A DNA stretch of 64,000 nucleotides from Nemertoderma westbladi (Eukaryota; Animalia; Xenacoelomorpha), in contig JAUCBJ010007164.1 in NCBI GenBank assembly GCA_032718475.1, positions 1-64,000 on the forward strand, in the 5' to 3' direction. The notes beneath the pieces are model-generated. The model saw only the letters and a program-made list of their open reading frames with translations, was not told the origin of the DNA and did no database searches. The position numbers and the translations under genes were made by a program. Shown piece by piece: positions 34,860 through 49,024 of the stretch (within the stretch, counting starts at the first letter, position 1; every line of letters starts with the position of its first letter).

Positions 34860-37572
34860 CGTCACCTTCAAGGCAGAACCCCCTAAGTCGATTTTTTTCG
34901 ATTTTCATGTTTTTGACTTTTTGGGTAATTCGATATCGGCTTTTTCGTCTGGCAGAACCCCGAAGCTTTTCTACCAGCCATTTTTGAGTTATAAGCCAAA
35001 GACAGTTCCCCGTAACTTATGCCCACTTCGAGGCAGAACCCCCCAAGTCTATAATTGGCTTGCAAAACACCGTAAATTCAAGTATATGAAATTCAGTCCA
35101 CCTGGCAAAACCCCTTAAATTAGAAATAACATCATGTAAAACCCCGTAAATCAGAAACAATAGCCTGGCAAAACCCCGTAATTTATCATTTATACTGGTT
35201 TGTATTGCGGCCAGGACACAAATATTAATGAGGGACACAAACATTATTGACCCCCCCCCACCCACACCCCGGCTGGTATACCCCCATATTTTCAATTTAC
35301 CTCCTACCACCACCATTCATTTTACCCCCCCCCCCCCCCCCCTCCCCGATTCCTATCTCCCCCTCATGTTCATCATTTTTTTACTCCTACTCCTTCCCTT
35401 TTTACTAACAACATCGTTTATTGTTTTGGTTAGAAAAAACATCTCTGTAACCTGATCCTTTCCTTCAATTGGCAATAACATAGTTTATTGGTTTGGTCAG
35501 ATTAATATGTTATTATTTATTGTTGTTATTTTATTGCTTGACAGTAATGAGAATTGTAATACTGTAATATATTGTATGTATATGGGTGGTAACATGAATC
35601 ATACTAAGTGCGAAGGGCGATAGTGCCCATGATTAATGTTTGTGCCCTTGATTGATATCTGTCCCTCGTTTATTGTTTGTGTCCCTCATTAATGTTTGTG
35701 TATTTCATTAATGTTTGTGTCCCTCATTAATGTTTGTGTCCCTCATTAATGTTTGTGACCCTCATTAATGTTTGTGTCCCTCATTAATGTTTGTGCCCCT
35801 CATTAATGTTTGTGTCCCTCATTAATGTTTGTGTCCCTCATTAATGTTTGTGTACCTCATTAATGTTTGTGTCCCTCATTAATGTTTGTGTACCTCATTA
35901 ATGTTTGCGTCCCTCATTAATGTTTGTGTCCCTCATTAATGTTTGTATCCCTCATTAATGTTTGTGGCCTTGATTGATATCTGTCCCTCGTTTATTGTTT
36001 GTGTCCCTCATTAATGTTTGTGTCCCTCATTAATGTTTGTGTACCTCATTAAATTTTGCGTCCCTCATTAATGTTTGTGTCCCTCATTAATGTTTGTATC
36101 CCTCATTAATGTTTGTGCCCTTGATTGATATCTGTCCCTCGTTTATTGTTTGTGTCCCTCATTAATGTTTGTGTCGCTCATTAATGTTTGTGTCCCTCAT
36201 TAATATTTGTGTACCTCATTAATGTTAGTGTCCCTCAATTAATGTTTGTGTCCCTCATTAATGTTGTATCCCTCATTAATGTTTGTGTCCCTCATTAATA
36301 TTTGTGTCCCTCATTAATGTTTGTGTCCCTCATTAATGTTTGTGTCCTACATCAATGTTTATGTCCCACATTAATGTTTGTCACCCTGATTAATGTTTGT
36401 CCCACATTAATGTTTGTGGCGCTGATAAATATCTATCCCTCATTTAATGTTTGTGGCGCTGATAAATATCTATCCCTCATTTTGTTTTTGTCCAAGTTGC
36501 TATAAGTTACTCTAGGTTGCCGGACGTTTTGGACAATTTGGTCAGCAACTAGCAACTTAATTTGAGCAACATTAACTTTTAGTCTCCGTTATATGAGGCA
36601 TCTTTAACAGCAACAAAGTTCGCGTTTACATAGAGCAACTTGATCGGCAACCTGAAATGCTTACTAAGTTGCTGATAGAGTTGCTCAGAATGTTGCCACG
36701 TACTGTAGAAAAAACAGGTCTTTAATTATTCGTCATGACGTAATGTAAGTGAACTTTACTTTAACGTAGCTGTAACCCTGTAGCTAGACTTTGTTCTTAC
36801 TGTAGAGTACCACCCATGGCTATATTTTGTACTTAGAGTTCCGCTTTCTTGAATCTAAATTTTCTTCTTATAGTTCTGCATTTGGCTACATTTTGTTCAA
36901 TTTGTATTGATACATGATTCTAACTACAGTCCCGTACTTATTTTAGAAGCAATTAATACCAAAATATCAAAAACTTATGGAGCCCTTTAGAATTTTGAAT
37001 TCAACAATTTCCAACATGTGCGTGTATGTTAGCTATATTGTATGTGATTATTTGTTATTATTGCGTTTACAGGTAATACTAACACCTGATCATGTGCTAG
37101 TTAACATGTTAGATAGCACGTATTAGCTAATAACAAATGCGCACATGTATTACGTGCGCACTACGCACTAAATAATTAAGGACGTACGATACGCCTTGGC
37201 TATTATTTGATATATTTTGCGTGTTTTTTGTAAAAATTCGGACTTATGGTGTTTTACCAAATTGAGGATACCTTGTTTTCTAGGCAATACCCCGCAACTA
37301 TCGTATAGTTACGGGATAATACCAGAAAATGGTGTTCCCCCTTGTTTTGGCAAAACACCATAAGTCCGAATTTTTACATAAAAACCGCAATATATTTCAA
37401 AGGTTATTCTAAATCAAATTGAAAGTTTAGTTATATGAATTCTATATATATTTAGTTATCAAAAAACACAATAACAAGTAAACTGAGGCATCTCTTTAAA
37501 AAATAAACAGTTTTTATCGATTATCTCAGAACTACAAAAATCGACTTAGGGGGTTCTGCCTTGAAGGTGACG
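34860..37572. mobile_element. 2.7-kb non-autonomous TIR element nested in the left arm of the foldback
   Basis: TIRs of about 38 bp (CGTCACCTTCAAGGCAGAACCCCCTAAGTCGATTTTT and its reverse complement at 37536-37572). Subterminal GGCA(G/A)AACCCC repeats. It interrupts a satellite unit at CCCATATAG|GGTG. The TSD is ambiguous. Confidence 0.85.
35630..36480. repeat. 19-bp minisatellite (TCATTAATGTTTGTGTCCC), about 40-45 copies
   Basis: Direct tandem units. Two inverted units also occur at about 35213-35250. Confidence 0.93.
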
Positions 37573-40500
37573 AAGGGTGTTTGTGTCCCAAATTGCGTGT
37601 GACTTTCTCAAAATGATTTTACATAGTTTATAAATATAATGGAATAGTTAAAAGCAAATAGAATTCACTATCATAGCTTTAATTTAAATTTGTCCCAAAT
37701 AGGATGTTTTTGTCCCATATAGGGTGTTTGTGTCCCGTATAGAGTGTGAATTGCTTATAATAATTTCAAATATTTTCTAAATGTAATGGAATACTCAAAA
37801 GAATATAGAATTCACTACCATAGCTTCAATTTCAATTTGTCCCGAATAGGTTGTTCATGTCCCATATAGGGTGTTTGTGTCCCATATAGGGTGTTTGTGT
37901 CCCAAATTGCGTGTGACTTTCGCAAATGACTTTACATAGTTTATAAATATAATGGAATACTCAAAAGAAAATAGAATTCACTATCATAGCTTTAATTTAA
38001 ATTTGTCCCAAATAGGTTGTTTTTGTCCCATATAGGGTGTTTGTGTGCCAAATAGCGTGTGACTTTCTCAAAATGATTTTACATAGTTTATAAATATAAT
38101 GGAATACTTAAAAGAAAATATAATTCACTATCATTTTTTCCTTTAATTTAAATTTGTCCCAAATAAGTTGTTTGTGTCCTGTATAGGATGTTTCTGTCCT
38201 GAATAGGGGAATACAGCTTGCCAACACATTGTTGCTGAATAGGGTGTACATTTCTTATAATGATTTTAAATAGTTTCTAAATGTAATGGAATACTCAAAA
38301 GAATATAGAATTCACTATCAGAGCGTTAATTTAAATTTGTTCCAAATATGTTGTTTGTGTCCCAAATTAGGTGTTTGTGTCCCATATAGGGTGTTTTTGT
38401 CCCATATAGCGTGTGACTGTCTCAAAATGATTTTAAATAGTTTCTAAATCTCATGGAATCATCAAAAGAATATAGAATTCACTACCATAGCTTTAATTTC
38501 AATTTGTCCCAAATAGGTTGTTTTTGTCCCATATAGGAGGGTGTTTGTGTCCCGTATAAGGTGTGTTTTGCTTATAATGATTTCCAATAGTTTCTAAATG
38601 TAGGGGAATACTCAAAAGAATAGCGAATTCACTACCATAGCTTTAATTTCAATTTGTCCCAAATAGGTTGTTTTTGTCCCATATAGGAGGGTGTTTGTGT
38701 CCCGTATAAGGTGTGTTTTGCTTATAATGATTTCCAATAGTTTCTAAATGTAGGGGAATACTCAAAAGAATAGCGAATTCACTACCATAGCTTTAATTTC
38801 AATTTGTCCCAAATAGGTTGTTTTTGGCCCATATAGGGTGTTTATGTCCCGTATAAGGTGTTTGTATCCCAAATAGCGTGTGACTTTCTCAAAATGATTT
38901 TAAATAGTTTCTAAATCTCATGGAATCCTCAAAAGAATATAGAATTCACTACCATAGATTTAATTTGAATTTGTCCCAAATAGGTTGTTTTTGTCCCATA
39001 TAGGGTGTTTGTGTCCCGTATAGGGTGTGTATTGCTTATAATAATTTCAAGTAGTTTCTAAATGTAATGGAATAATAAAAAGAATATAGAATTCACTATC
39101 ATAGCTTTAATTTCAATTTGTCCCAAATAGGTTGTTTTTGTCCCATATAGGGTGTTTGTGTCCCGTATAGGGTGTGAATTGCTTATAATGATTTCAAATA
39201 TTTTCTAAATGTAATGGAATACTCAAAAGAATATAGAATTCACTATCATAGCTTTAATTTAAATTTGTCCCAAATAGGTTGTTTATGTCCCATATAGGGT
39301 GTTTGTCTCCCATATAGGGTGTTTGTGTCCCAAATTGCGTGTGACTTTCTCAAAATGATTTTACATAGTTTATAAATATAATGGAATACTCAAAAGAAAA
39401 TAGAATTCACTATCATAGTTTTAATTTCAATTTGTCCCAAATAGGTTGTTTTTGTCCCATATAGGGTGTTTGTGTGCCAAATAGCGTGTGACTTTCTCAA
39501 AATGATTTTACATAGTTTATAAATATAATGGAATACTTAAAAGAAAATATAATTCACTATCATTTTTTCTTTAATTTAAATTTGCCCCAAATAGGTTGTT
39601 TGTGTCCTGTATAGGGTGTTTCTGTCCTGAATAGGGGAATACAGCTTGCCAAACACATTGTTGCTGAATAGGGTGTACATTTCTTATAATGATTTTAAAT
39701 ATTTTCTAAATGTAATGGAATACTCAAAAGAAAATAGAATTCACCATCAAAGCTTTAATTTCAATTTGTCCCAAATAGGTTGTTTTTGTCCCATATAGGG
39801 TGTTTGTGTGCCAAATAGCGTGTGACTTTCTCAAAATGATTTTACATAGTTTATAAATATAATGGAATACTTAAAAGAAAATATAATTCACTATCATTTT
39901 TTCTTTAATTTAAATTTGCCCCAAATAGGTTGTTTGTGTCCTGTATAGGGTGTTTCTGTCCTGAATAGGGGAATACAGCTTGCCAAACACATTGTTGCTG
40001 AATAGGGTGTACATTTCTTATAATGATTTTAAATAGTTTCTAAATGTAATGGAATACTCAAAAGAAAATATAATTCACTATCATAGCTTTAATTTAAATT
40101 TGTCACAAATAGGTTGTTTATGTCCCATATAGGGTGTTTGTGTCCCAAATGGCGTGTGACTTTCTCAAAATGATTTTACATAGTTTATAAAGAAAAGATA
40201 TTTTTTTTATTATTCCATTATATTTATAAACTATGTAAAATCATTTTGAGAAAGTCATACGCTATTTGGGACACAAACACCCTATATGGGACACAAACAC
40301 CCTATATGGGACATAAACAACCTATTTGGGACAAATTTAAATTAAAGCAATGATAGTGAATTCTATATTCTTTTGAGTATTCCATTACATTTCGAAACTA
40401 TTTGAAATCATTATAGGCACTTCACACCCTATACCGGACACAAATACCCTATATGGGACACAAACAACCTATTTGGGACAAATTTAAATTAAAGCTATGA

Positions 40501-42900
40501 TAGTGGATTCTATATTCTTTTGAGTATTCCACTACATTTCGAAACTATTTGAAATCTATTATAAGCACTTCACACCCTTTACGGGACACAAACACCCTAT
40601 ATGGGACACAAACAACCTATTTGGGACAAATTTAAATTAAAGCTATGATAGTGGATTCTATATTCTTTTGAGTATTCCACTACATTTCGAAACTATTTGA
40701 AATCTATTATAAGCACTTCACACCCTTTACGGGACACAAACACCCTATATGGGACAAAAACAACCTATTTGGGACAAATTGAAATTAAAGCTATGGTAGT
40801 GAATTCTATATTCTTTTGAGTATTCCATGAGATTTAGAAACTAATTAAAATCACTTTGAGAAAGTAACACGCTATTTGGGTCACAAACACCCTATATGGG
40901 ACACAAACAACCTATTTGGGACAAATTTAAATGAAAGCTATGATAGTGAATTCTCTTTTCTTTTAAGTATTCCATTACATTTCGAAACTATTTGGAATCA
41001 TTATAAGCACTTCACACCCTATACCGGACATAAACACCCTATATGGGACACAAACAACCTATTTGGGACAAATTTAAATTAAAGCTATGATAGTGGATTC
41101 TATTTTCTTTTGAGTATTTCCATTATATTTATAAACTATGTAAAATCATTTTGAGAAAGTCATACGCTATTTGGCACAAAAACACCCTATATGGGACAAA
41201 AACAACCTATTTGGGACAAATTTAAATTATAGCTATGATACTGAATTATATTTTCTTTTGAGTATTCCATTATATTTATAAATTATGTAAAATCATTTTG
41301 AGAAAGTCACACGCTATTTGAGACTCAAATACCCTATATGGGACACAAACACCCTATATGGGACATAAACAACCTATTTGGGACAAATTTAAATTAAAGC
41401 AATGATAGTGAATTCTATATTCTTTTGAGTATTCCATTACATTTCGAAACTATTTGAAATCATTATAAGCAATTCACACCCTTTACGGGACACAAACACC
41501 CTATATGGGACACAAACAACCTATTTGGGACAAATTTAAATTAAAGCAATGATAGTGAATTCTATATTCTTTTGAGTATTCCATTACATTTCGAAACTAT
41601 TTGAAATCATTATAGGCACTTCACACCCTATACCGGACACAAACACCCTATATGGGACACAAACAACCTATTTGGGACAAATTTAAATTAAAGCTATGAT
41701 AGTGGATTCTATATTCTTTTGAGTATTCCACTACATTACGAAACTATTTGAAATCTATTATAAGCACTTCACACCCTTTACGGGACACAAACACCCTATA
41801 TGGGACAAAAACAACCAATTTGGGTCAAATTGAAATTAAAGCTATGGTAGTGAATTCTATATTCTTTTGAGTATTCCATGAGATTTAGAAACTAATTAAA
41901 ATCACTTTGAGAAAGTAACACGCTATTTGGGACACAAACACCCTATATGGGACACAAACAACCTATTTGGGACAAATTTAAATGAAAGCTATGATAGTGA
42001 ATTCTCTTTTCTTTTAAGTATTCCATTACATTTCGAAACTATATGGAATCATTACAAGCACTTCACACCCTATACCGGACATAAACACCCTATATGGGAC
42101 ACAAACAACCTATTTGGGACAAATTTAAATTAAAGCTATGATAGTGGATTCTATTTTCTTTTGAGTATTTCCATTATATTTATAAACTATGTAAAATCAT
42201 TTTGAGAAAGTCATACGCTATTTGGCACAAAAACACCCTATATGGGACAAAAACAACCTATTTGGGACAAATTTAAATTATAGCTATGATACTGAATTAT
42301 ATTTTCTTTTGAGTATTCCATTATATTTATAAACTATGTAAAATCATTTGGAGAAAGTCACACGCTATTTGAGACTCAAATACCCTATATGGGACACAAA
42401 CACCCTATATGGGACATAAACAACCTATTTGGGACAAATTTAAATTAAAGCTATGATAGTGAATTCTATATTCTTTTGAGTATTCCATTACATTTAGAAA
42501 ATATTTGAAATCATTATACGCAATTCACACCCTATACGGGACACAAACACCCTATATGGGACAAAAGCAACCTATTTGGGACAAATTGAAATTAAAGCTA
42601 TGGTATTAAATTATATATTCTTTTGAGTATTCTATGAGATTTAGAAACTATTTAAAATCATTTGGAGAAAGTGACACGCTATTTGGGACACAAACACCCT
42701 ATATGGGACACAAACACCCTATATGGGACACAAGCAACCTACCGGTATTTGGACAAATTTAAATGAAAGCTATGATAGTGAATTCTATATTCTTTTGGGT
42801 ATTCCATTACATTTCGAAACTATTCGAAATCATTATAAGCACTTCACACCCTATACGGGACACAACACCCTATATGGGACACAAACAACCTATTTGAGTC
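37573..42900. repeat. Satellite of about 147 bp with 20-bp subrepeats, in two head-to-head arrays (inversion centre about 40192-40211)
   Basis: The unit contains 2-4 copies of TCCCATATAGGGTGTTTGTG plus an AT-rich block. Orientation flips near 40200. There is a 1051-bp higher-order repeat (40876 versus 41927). The array starts at about 34500, before the nested insertion. Confidence 0.92.
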
Positions 42901-43610
42901 AAATTTAAGACTTATTAAGGACTATTTGGGATGAAGTTGAGTCTGGGGGAGGAGGTTGCGATATCACTAATTTGATTGTCATTTAATTATTATTATACGA
43001 ATGTATTTAGATTTATTATATGTGAATAAATTGCACCACATGAATAAATTGCACAATGAATGAATTTGCACAACATGAATAAATTGCACAATATGAATAA
43101 ATTGCACAACATGAAATGAAATAACGTGACTATGGTGACACTATAGCCTATAATGCATCACAGTCTTACAGGCCATTTGCAAGGCACCCACAGTATATCT
43201 TTAACCATAACTAGGGAACATGTATTCCAAATGCCCTTATTTAGAATGGGAATTTCCACTGTACATATACCTCAACCAGCTCTTGTCCCAAATACGTTGC
43301 TCTGTCCAGTATAGGTTGTTATAATGAGCCCCGGATTCGTAGCTGACACTTGGATTATATATCAGTGGAATTTTCCATTAACCTTTACATTATATAGCCA
43401 ATAAGGGAGATGCCTAACTTTAGGAATGTTGGTATTGGTTCGATGACGAGGAGTTGGCTCATATGATGATTTCATTGGATGCCCCTATATTGGACAGGTT
43501 GGAAATCATTACACAACGTATTTGGGACAGGTAGGAATAATAGAAAGCCCCATAGAAGTGAAGGGAAACACCCTATTCTGGACAATGATGTAGACACTAC
43601 TACTATTGCG

Positions 43611-45515
43611 TGCGTATCTGTCAGGCCATGGAAAATAGCGAACGCGATGAATCCGTTCTCGCTTCCGGCAAACCTCCTGTCTCTATAAGGTTTCAAACTA
43701 TAAACAGTCCAGGAGCAACTCAGTGGGTCGACCCCCAAACTCGGAGTCAAAGTCGAATAAAACTTTCTCCCCCAATTCCACTTTGGATAAATGCCGCAAT
43801 TGCGGTGGTAAACCGCACTCTAATAAAGATAATTGTCCAGCCCGGTCTGCCACATGTCTCAACTGTGGGCGATTGGGCCACTATAAAAAGTTGTGCCGGT
43901 CCTCCTCTTCTAAACCTAGCGGACGAAACGGATGCGTTTCAACCATTATTGCCGCAACCTCGTCTTCCAGTGACAATGGGGACGACGCGATTTGTAAACT
44001 GTCGTACATTTCAATCACCATCGAGGACACAAACTTGGACGAGTCCCTCGGTAAGGTACATCGTGCGCTTCCTGACAGCGGCGCCTCTGCTACTCTTCTT
44101 AGCGGGAAACTATTCGCACAACTCGGGGGTAAACGGTGCAATCTTCGTACAACCGCGTGTTTAAATCTCCTGGCTGCCGATGGTTTACCTCTGGAAACTA
44201 TTGGGAGGTTCGATGCTGCTGTATCATACAATGGTGTCCGTGCAACTACACAGATTGTAGTTGCACCCGAGGTAGACGGTATGATACTGTCACGCACCGT
44301 CATCACCGACTTGGGGATTCTTCCCCGTAACTTCCCCGCGCAAATCGTCCCGATCCCAACCGCAATGCATTCGTGTGGGACGCTTAGTTCCTGTATTTCT
44401 CGTAAACCTAGCGAGTCTTCATCTCCAAACACGCCTGCAATGCAGCTACTGCGCGAGTTCATGGACGTGTTCGACGACGATTCCGCCCCATTACGCCACA
44501 TGGACGGCCCACCTATGCATATCCTTTTGAAAGGCAATGCCACTCCATATCACGTAAATGGCGCGCGCCCGATTACATTGGCTCTGCACAATGAAGTGAA
44601 GCAACTCCTCGATAAACTTACATCGCACCGAGTCATCGAACAAATCGATACTCCGACTGACTGGGCTCACCCTATGACAGTCACCCGTAAGCCCAGCGGT
44701 CAGTTGCGCCTCTGTGTTGATTTGCGTCGCCTGAATGACCAGGTTCGCCACCCGTACTACCCATCCCGTCACCACGTACGGTTGTGGCGGGAATAGACAA
44801 CACGGCCAGGATATTCACTGTCCTGGATGCCGCATCTGGTTATTGGCAGATTCCCTTGGACCCCGCCTCTCAGGAACTCACAACGTTTATGACGCCATGG
44901 GGCCGTTTTAAATTCCTAAGGAGCATCATGGGACTCGTATCCTCTGGAGATGAGTTTAACCGCCGGGGCGACGACGCACTTCGGGGACTCCGGGGTGTTA
45001 CTAAACTCGTAGATGACATTATCATTTACAGCGATACTCTAGAAAACCATCTTCTAGCCATCCGTGATGTATTACAACGATGCCGGGACCATGGCATTAC
45101 TTTGAACCCGCGAAAAATTCAACTCGCTCAGCCCTCAGTTAAGTTTGCGGGCTATATAGTATGGGGAGGGCATTCATTCCGATCCTAACAAATTAAAAGT
45201 GATCTCAGCCTTCCCATGTCCACATAATATCACGGATTTAAGGAGTTTCATCGGATTGGCAGAGCAATTAGCTCCATTTACGGACTCATTAGCGTCCATA
45301 ATGGCGCCACTGCGACCCCTATTGAGCCCAAAGGCTCAATACATCTGGACTCCAGATCAGCAGCGGGCATTTGAAGCAACTAAATTGGCCCTTACTACTA
45401 CACCAATCCTAGCTCATTTCGACACCGTACTGCCAACCAGCCCAGATGCGCTTTCACGCGCGCCTGTCGACAACCCGTCGGATGACGACATCGTGGATGA
45501 CGGCAAGATGGCGCA
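43611..45515 (+). pseudogene. Gypsy gag C-terminus, protease and RT (frameshifted; RNase H core deleted)
   Basis: Twin knuckles CRNCGGKPHSNKDNC and CLNCGRLGHYKKLC, LPDSGAS, LRLCVDLRRLN, LDAASGYWQIPL and LVDDIII. PILAHFDTVLPT joins directly to PDALSRAP. Confidence 0.9.
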
Positions 45516-46725
45516 TGTAAAAGCTTTTGCTGAATTGTCCAGTTATTTTTCCTTATTTTTCCCGTAAAATACTCTGTAGTTGGTTTACCAGGCATAAAAA
45601 GGCCGTGTCCTTGCTGTACTGGTGTTTTAGCGGACATAAAAGCTATTTCTTCTGTATTTGTACTTTAGAGGACATAATCCGTAATTCCGTGACGTAAAAG
45701 CTCGATACTCTTGAAAACAGTGTCGCTACCATGACGACGGCTAGCAGCTGATATTGCCACGTCGACGTTTCTTTGTTTCTTTGTTCTCTCGTTGTTCAGG
45801 TTGACCAATCAGAGCGTTTGTTGTCTCTGTGTTGGAGGTATACAGAAACTCAGTAGTTCAGTGTTATGTTTTGCCCAGAGCCTAAGAACCGGCTTTTGGC
45901 ACCTCCGTGTTTTCAGTTTTTAGTCCTACACTAGTAGGCTTAATTATAAGGACATATATCCGTTATCACTGATGTCTGATGACTGATGTCTGCATACTGC
46001 ATACTGCAGTACTGCATACACTGCATACTGTGTAACACTGTGCATACTTTATATTGTTATACTGCTATTTACTGTCAGTTCTTCATAATATGGTTGATGA
46101 ATTATTATATTTGGAATAACGACAAATAACCCCGAAAACCCAATATTCTTGATATACCGAAGGTAAGAGAGAAAGGTTACAGATAAATGATTGCGACCTA
46201 TGTTGAGTGGTTTGAAGTGAATCTAATGTTATTTGATAGACCCTACATGATTCGGTCCGTGTTCCTTTTATATGTGACTAAAATCAGTGAAGATCGGCAG
46301 ATCAGTGTGCAGTATTGTGCAGCATTGTGTATGAGTGAGACTGATAACGAAGCATTTCCTAAAGAATGCGCCATATATGTGAATTGTAACTAAGCCATAT
46401 CGTTGTGAGTAGTTTAAGTCATAACTCTTTTTATATAGATAGAGCGCCACGTCCTAAAGGAACTGTTAATATTTCCCGAAGGTGAATAATATTGTCAGAG
46501 ATTATATAATACTGTCAGTCGAATAATACATTAGGCTTACATAGCAATAAAATTAAGCCGTCGAACCCAATCTCCCGGGTATATCCAGCGGGTGAATGAT
46601 CGCGCACAGATTGGTTTCGACTAGTGTAGTGAATTAAATACTTGTCATAGACTAAAGGTGATTTATTATCTAGAAGACATCCTAATTTGGCGGGTTAAAC
46701 TGCCAAAGGTCTGAAAGCGCGAACA
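45516..46725 (+). repeat. E2 5' LTR (1210 bp)
   Basis: TGTAAAAGCTTTTGC...AAAGCGCGAACA, near-identical to the 3' LTR. Confidence 0.96.
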
Positions 46726-46737
46726 ATAACGGATATA
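46726..46737 (+). promoter_or_regulatory. Non-tRNA primer-binding site of E2, complementary to LTR positions 45955-45966
   Basis: ATAACGGATATA abuts the LTR and is the exact reverse complement of TATATCCGTTAT in the LTR. Confidence 0.7.
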
Positions 46738-49024
46738 GCTTCTTTATTGCAGTAAGCAATAAAGTTGAAAGTACCGGTCAACCGGTAAACCTGAACGGTA
46801 CATCTGTAGGTCGGTAGGCCTAACTGTCCTAACCGGTACTTCCCGTATAAGTACACTAGTATTATTCGATTTGATTGTTGTATACCGGTAGGCTGTTTAA
46901 GAGATTAGGGACTGTACACCCCTTGTTTCTTTTGGAGCTTACTTATTTCTGTCAAGTTTTATTTGTTTGTAGGCCAGTATTGAACAGAAGGCGTGTAAGC
47001 CTGATCAGATTGTACAGACAATTTGTAGGCTGAGCTGTTGTCTGATTGCTGTTAAGTCCGAATGAATTGCAGTGTGTGTAGATCACCTGTCCGATTAAGT
47101 ACGGTTAGGAAGTAGGGGCAGCGAACGCTGTAAGGTAAACCCCCAACTAAAGAATAAGTCGCACTACTGGGTTAGAGCGCATACTCCCTAATCATTTCGG
47201 AGTCTGCATGTCCTGTAGTTTATTTAGGCTTGAGAGTAGTCTGCCATCGTTTAGTCTGTACTTTGTTTGTGTAAGTCTGTACGGGTAGCGTATAATTTTA
47301 TTTAGATAATTTGTAGGCTGGATAGTTGTCCGGCTGTTATTAGGTCTGAACGGATTGCAGTGTGTGTAGATCATTTGTCTGATTAAGTACGGTTAGGAAG
47401 TAGGGGCAGCGAACGCTGTAAGGTAAACCCCCAACTAAAGAATAAGTCGCACTACTGGGTTAGAGCGCATACTCCCTAATCATTTCGGAGTCTGCATATA
47501 CCGTAGTTTGTTTAGGCTTGATAGTAGTCTGTCAGTGTTCGGTCTGTATTTTGTTTGAGTAGTTTGTACGCGTAGCGTAATATTTATTATTCAGAGTTTA
47601 TGCGATTATCCGCAACATTCATTCCCCAAGTTTGTTCCTACAGTAATTGTGTTTGTTATACATACCGTTATAGTTAAATTAACCCCGGTACTACACGGGC
47701 TGCTTGGCATAGGTAAAGACTGGTGATTTTGTGCATCGGTCACTCCAGCAGATGCCGTGGTTCTTTTAGCTGTTCAAGTATATTTAACTACTGATTATAT
47801 GTTATACAAGTACTCGTACCTAATTTAGGGTTTAGTGTACAGTGCTTTCCGAGAGTAATTAGTGTAGGCATTATATTTGTGTTGTAAAGTGGTTAATAGG
47901 CACATTCGATTAGCTCTATTAACTTCTAGGTAGGAACACTCCGTGATACATAACGTAGAACCTATAGCGATACGGCTATAGGTCGTCAGGCGGTGGTATT
48001 TTCCTATCTGGACAACGCAGTGTATTTACTACTACTTATTATTTCAAATACCGCATTACCCTGTCCGTTGTAATAACCAGAATTCTAACCCTTTGTTAGG
48101 CTGGTTTGTAGACTTCTTGTAAAATTACCCTAAAAATTCGTATTTTGTGTTTTGTAAATTTTTATGTTTATTTAGAGATTGTAATCTCACCCGAATTGTA
48201 CGTAATTTGTAGTATTAAGTAACTTAGGTAAATTAGCATTATTTGTTTTAGTGTCCTATAAGTAACACTTCACTGAAAGCGCACCGCTTTGTGTAGTGAT
48301 TACTCCCCAGAAATAATAACATTTATTTCAAACATTGACAAACCCATTAAAACGGGTATATATATATTATAAATCAAATCTAACGATTTATAAATAGTAG
48401 GCCTACCATAAAACCATTAGGTCTCAATATCAGTCGGATTACTGCTCAAATAACGGTAATAAAGTAAGTAAGGTAACCAAGTAACCCTTGAAATTCAGAA
48501 ATTCAGTTATTTAAAATAATTGATATACCGGTATTTACAATAGGCTTATTATATTTATTTCTATAAATTTTAGGTTGAAATCATACCGGTATTCTGTAAT
48601 TAATTCTAGTTTGTAATTATACTTATATATATACACTATAAGTGTAAACTGCATACCGGTATTTACGATAGGCCTATTATCTTTATTTCTATAAATTTAG
48701 GCTGAAATTATACCGGTACTTGTAATTAATTCTAGTCCAGAATTATATATACTACAAACTGTAAGCTGTATACCGGTATTCCGATAGGCCTATTATATAT
48801 TTATATATATTTGTGCTAAAATTATACCGGTATTCTGTGATAAACCTAGTCTGTAATAATAGTTATATATACTATAAGCATACCGGTATTCTAATATATT
48901 ATATATATCACGCTACACTGAGTAGCAGTATCGGTAATTAATTACTAGGCTAGCAGTTAATACTGAATTACTAGACTTGCTTAGACTGTAATATAGCAGT
49001 AGGCATTCAACTGTACAAACAAAA

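Larger units (their letters stand above)
33774..43608. mobile_element. 9.8-kb foldback DNA element: unique inverted arms of about 720 bp plus inverted satellite arrays, no ORF
   Basis: 33774-34500 is the reverse complement of 42890-43608. Termini are CAATAG..CTATTG with a 2-bp TSD CG (33772-33773 and 43609-43610). Removing the element restores gag GAT TGC GTG CGT. Confidence 0.88.

Noticed and set aside
33712-43750. Mirror-image ORFs at 33712-33991 and 43472-43750, and the duplicated ORFs at 40876 and 41927
   Set aside because: They are by-products of the foldback arms and satellite periodicity, with no transposase motifs.
45967-46050. CTGATGA in the E2 LTR as a hammerhead ribozyme core
   Set aside because: There is no properly placed GAAA or flanking stems, it lies in a low-complexity CTGAT/CTGCATA repeat, and it is absent from E1.
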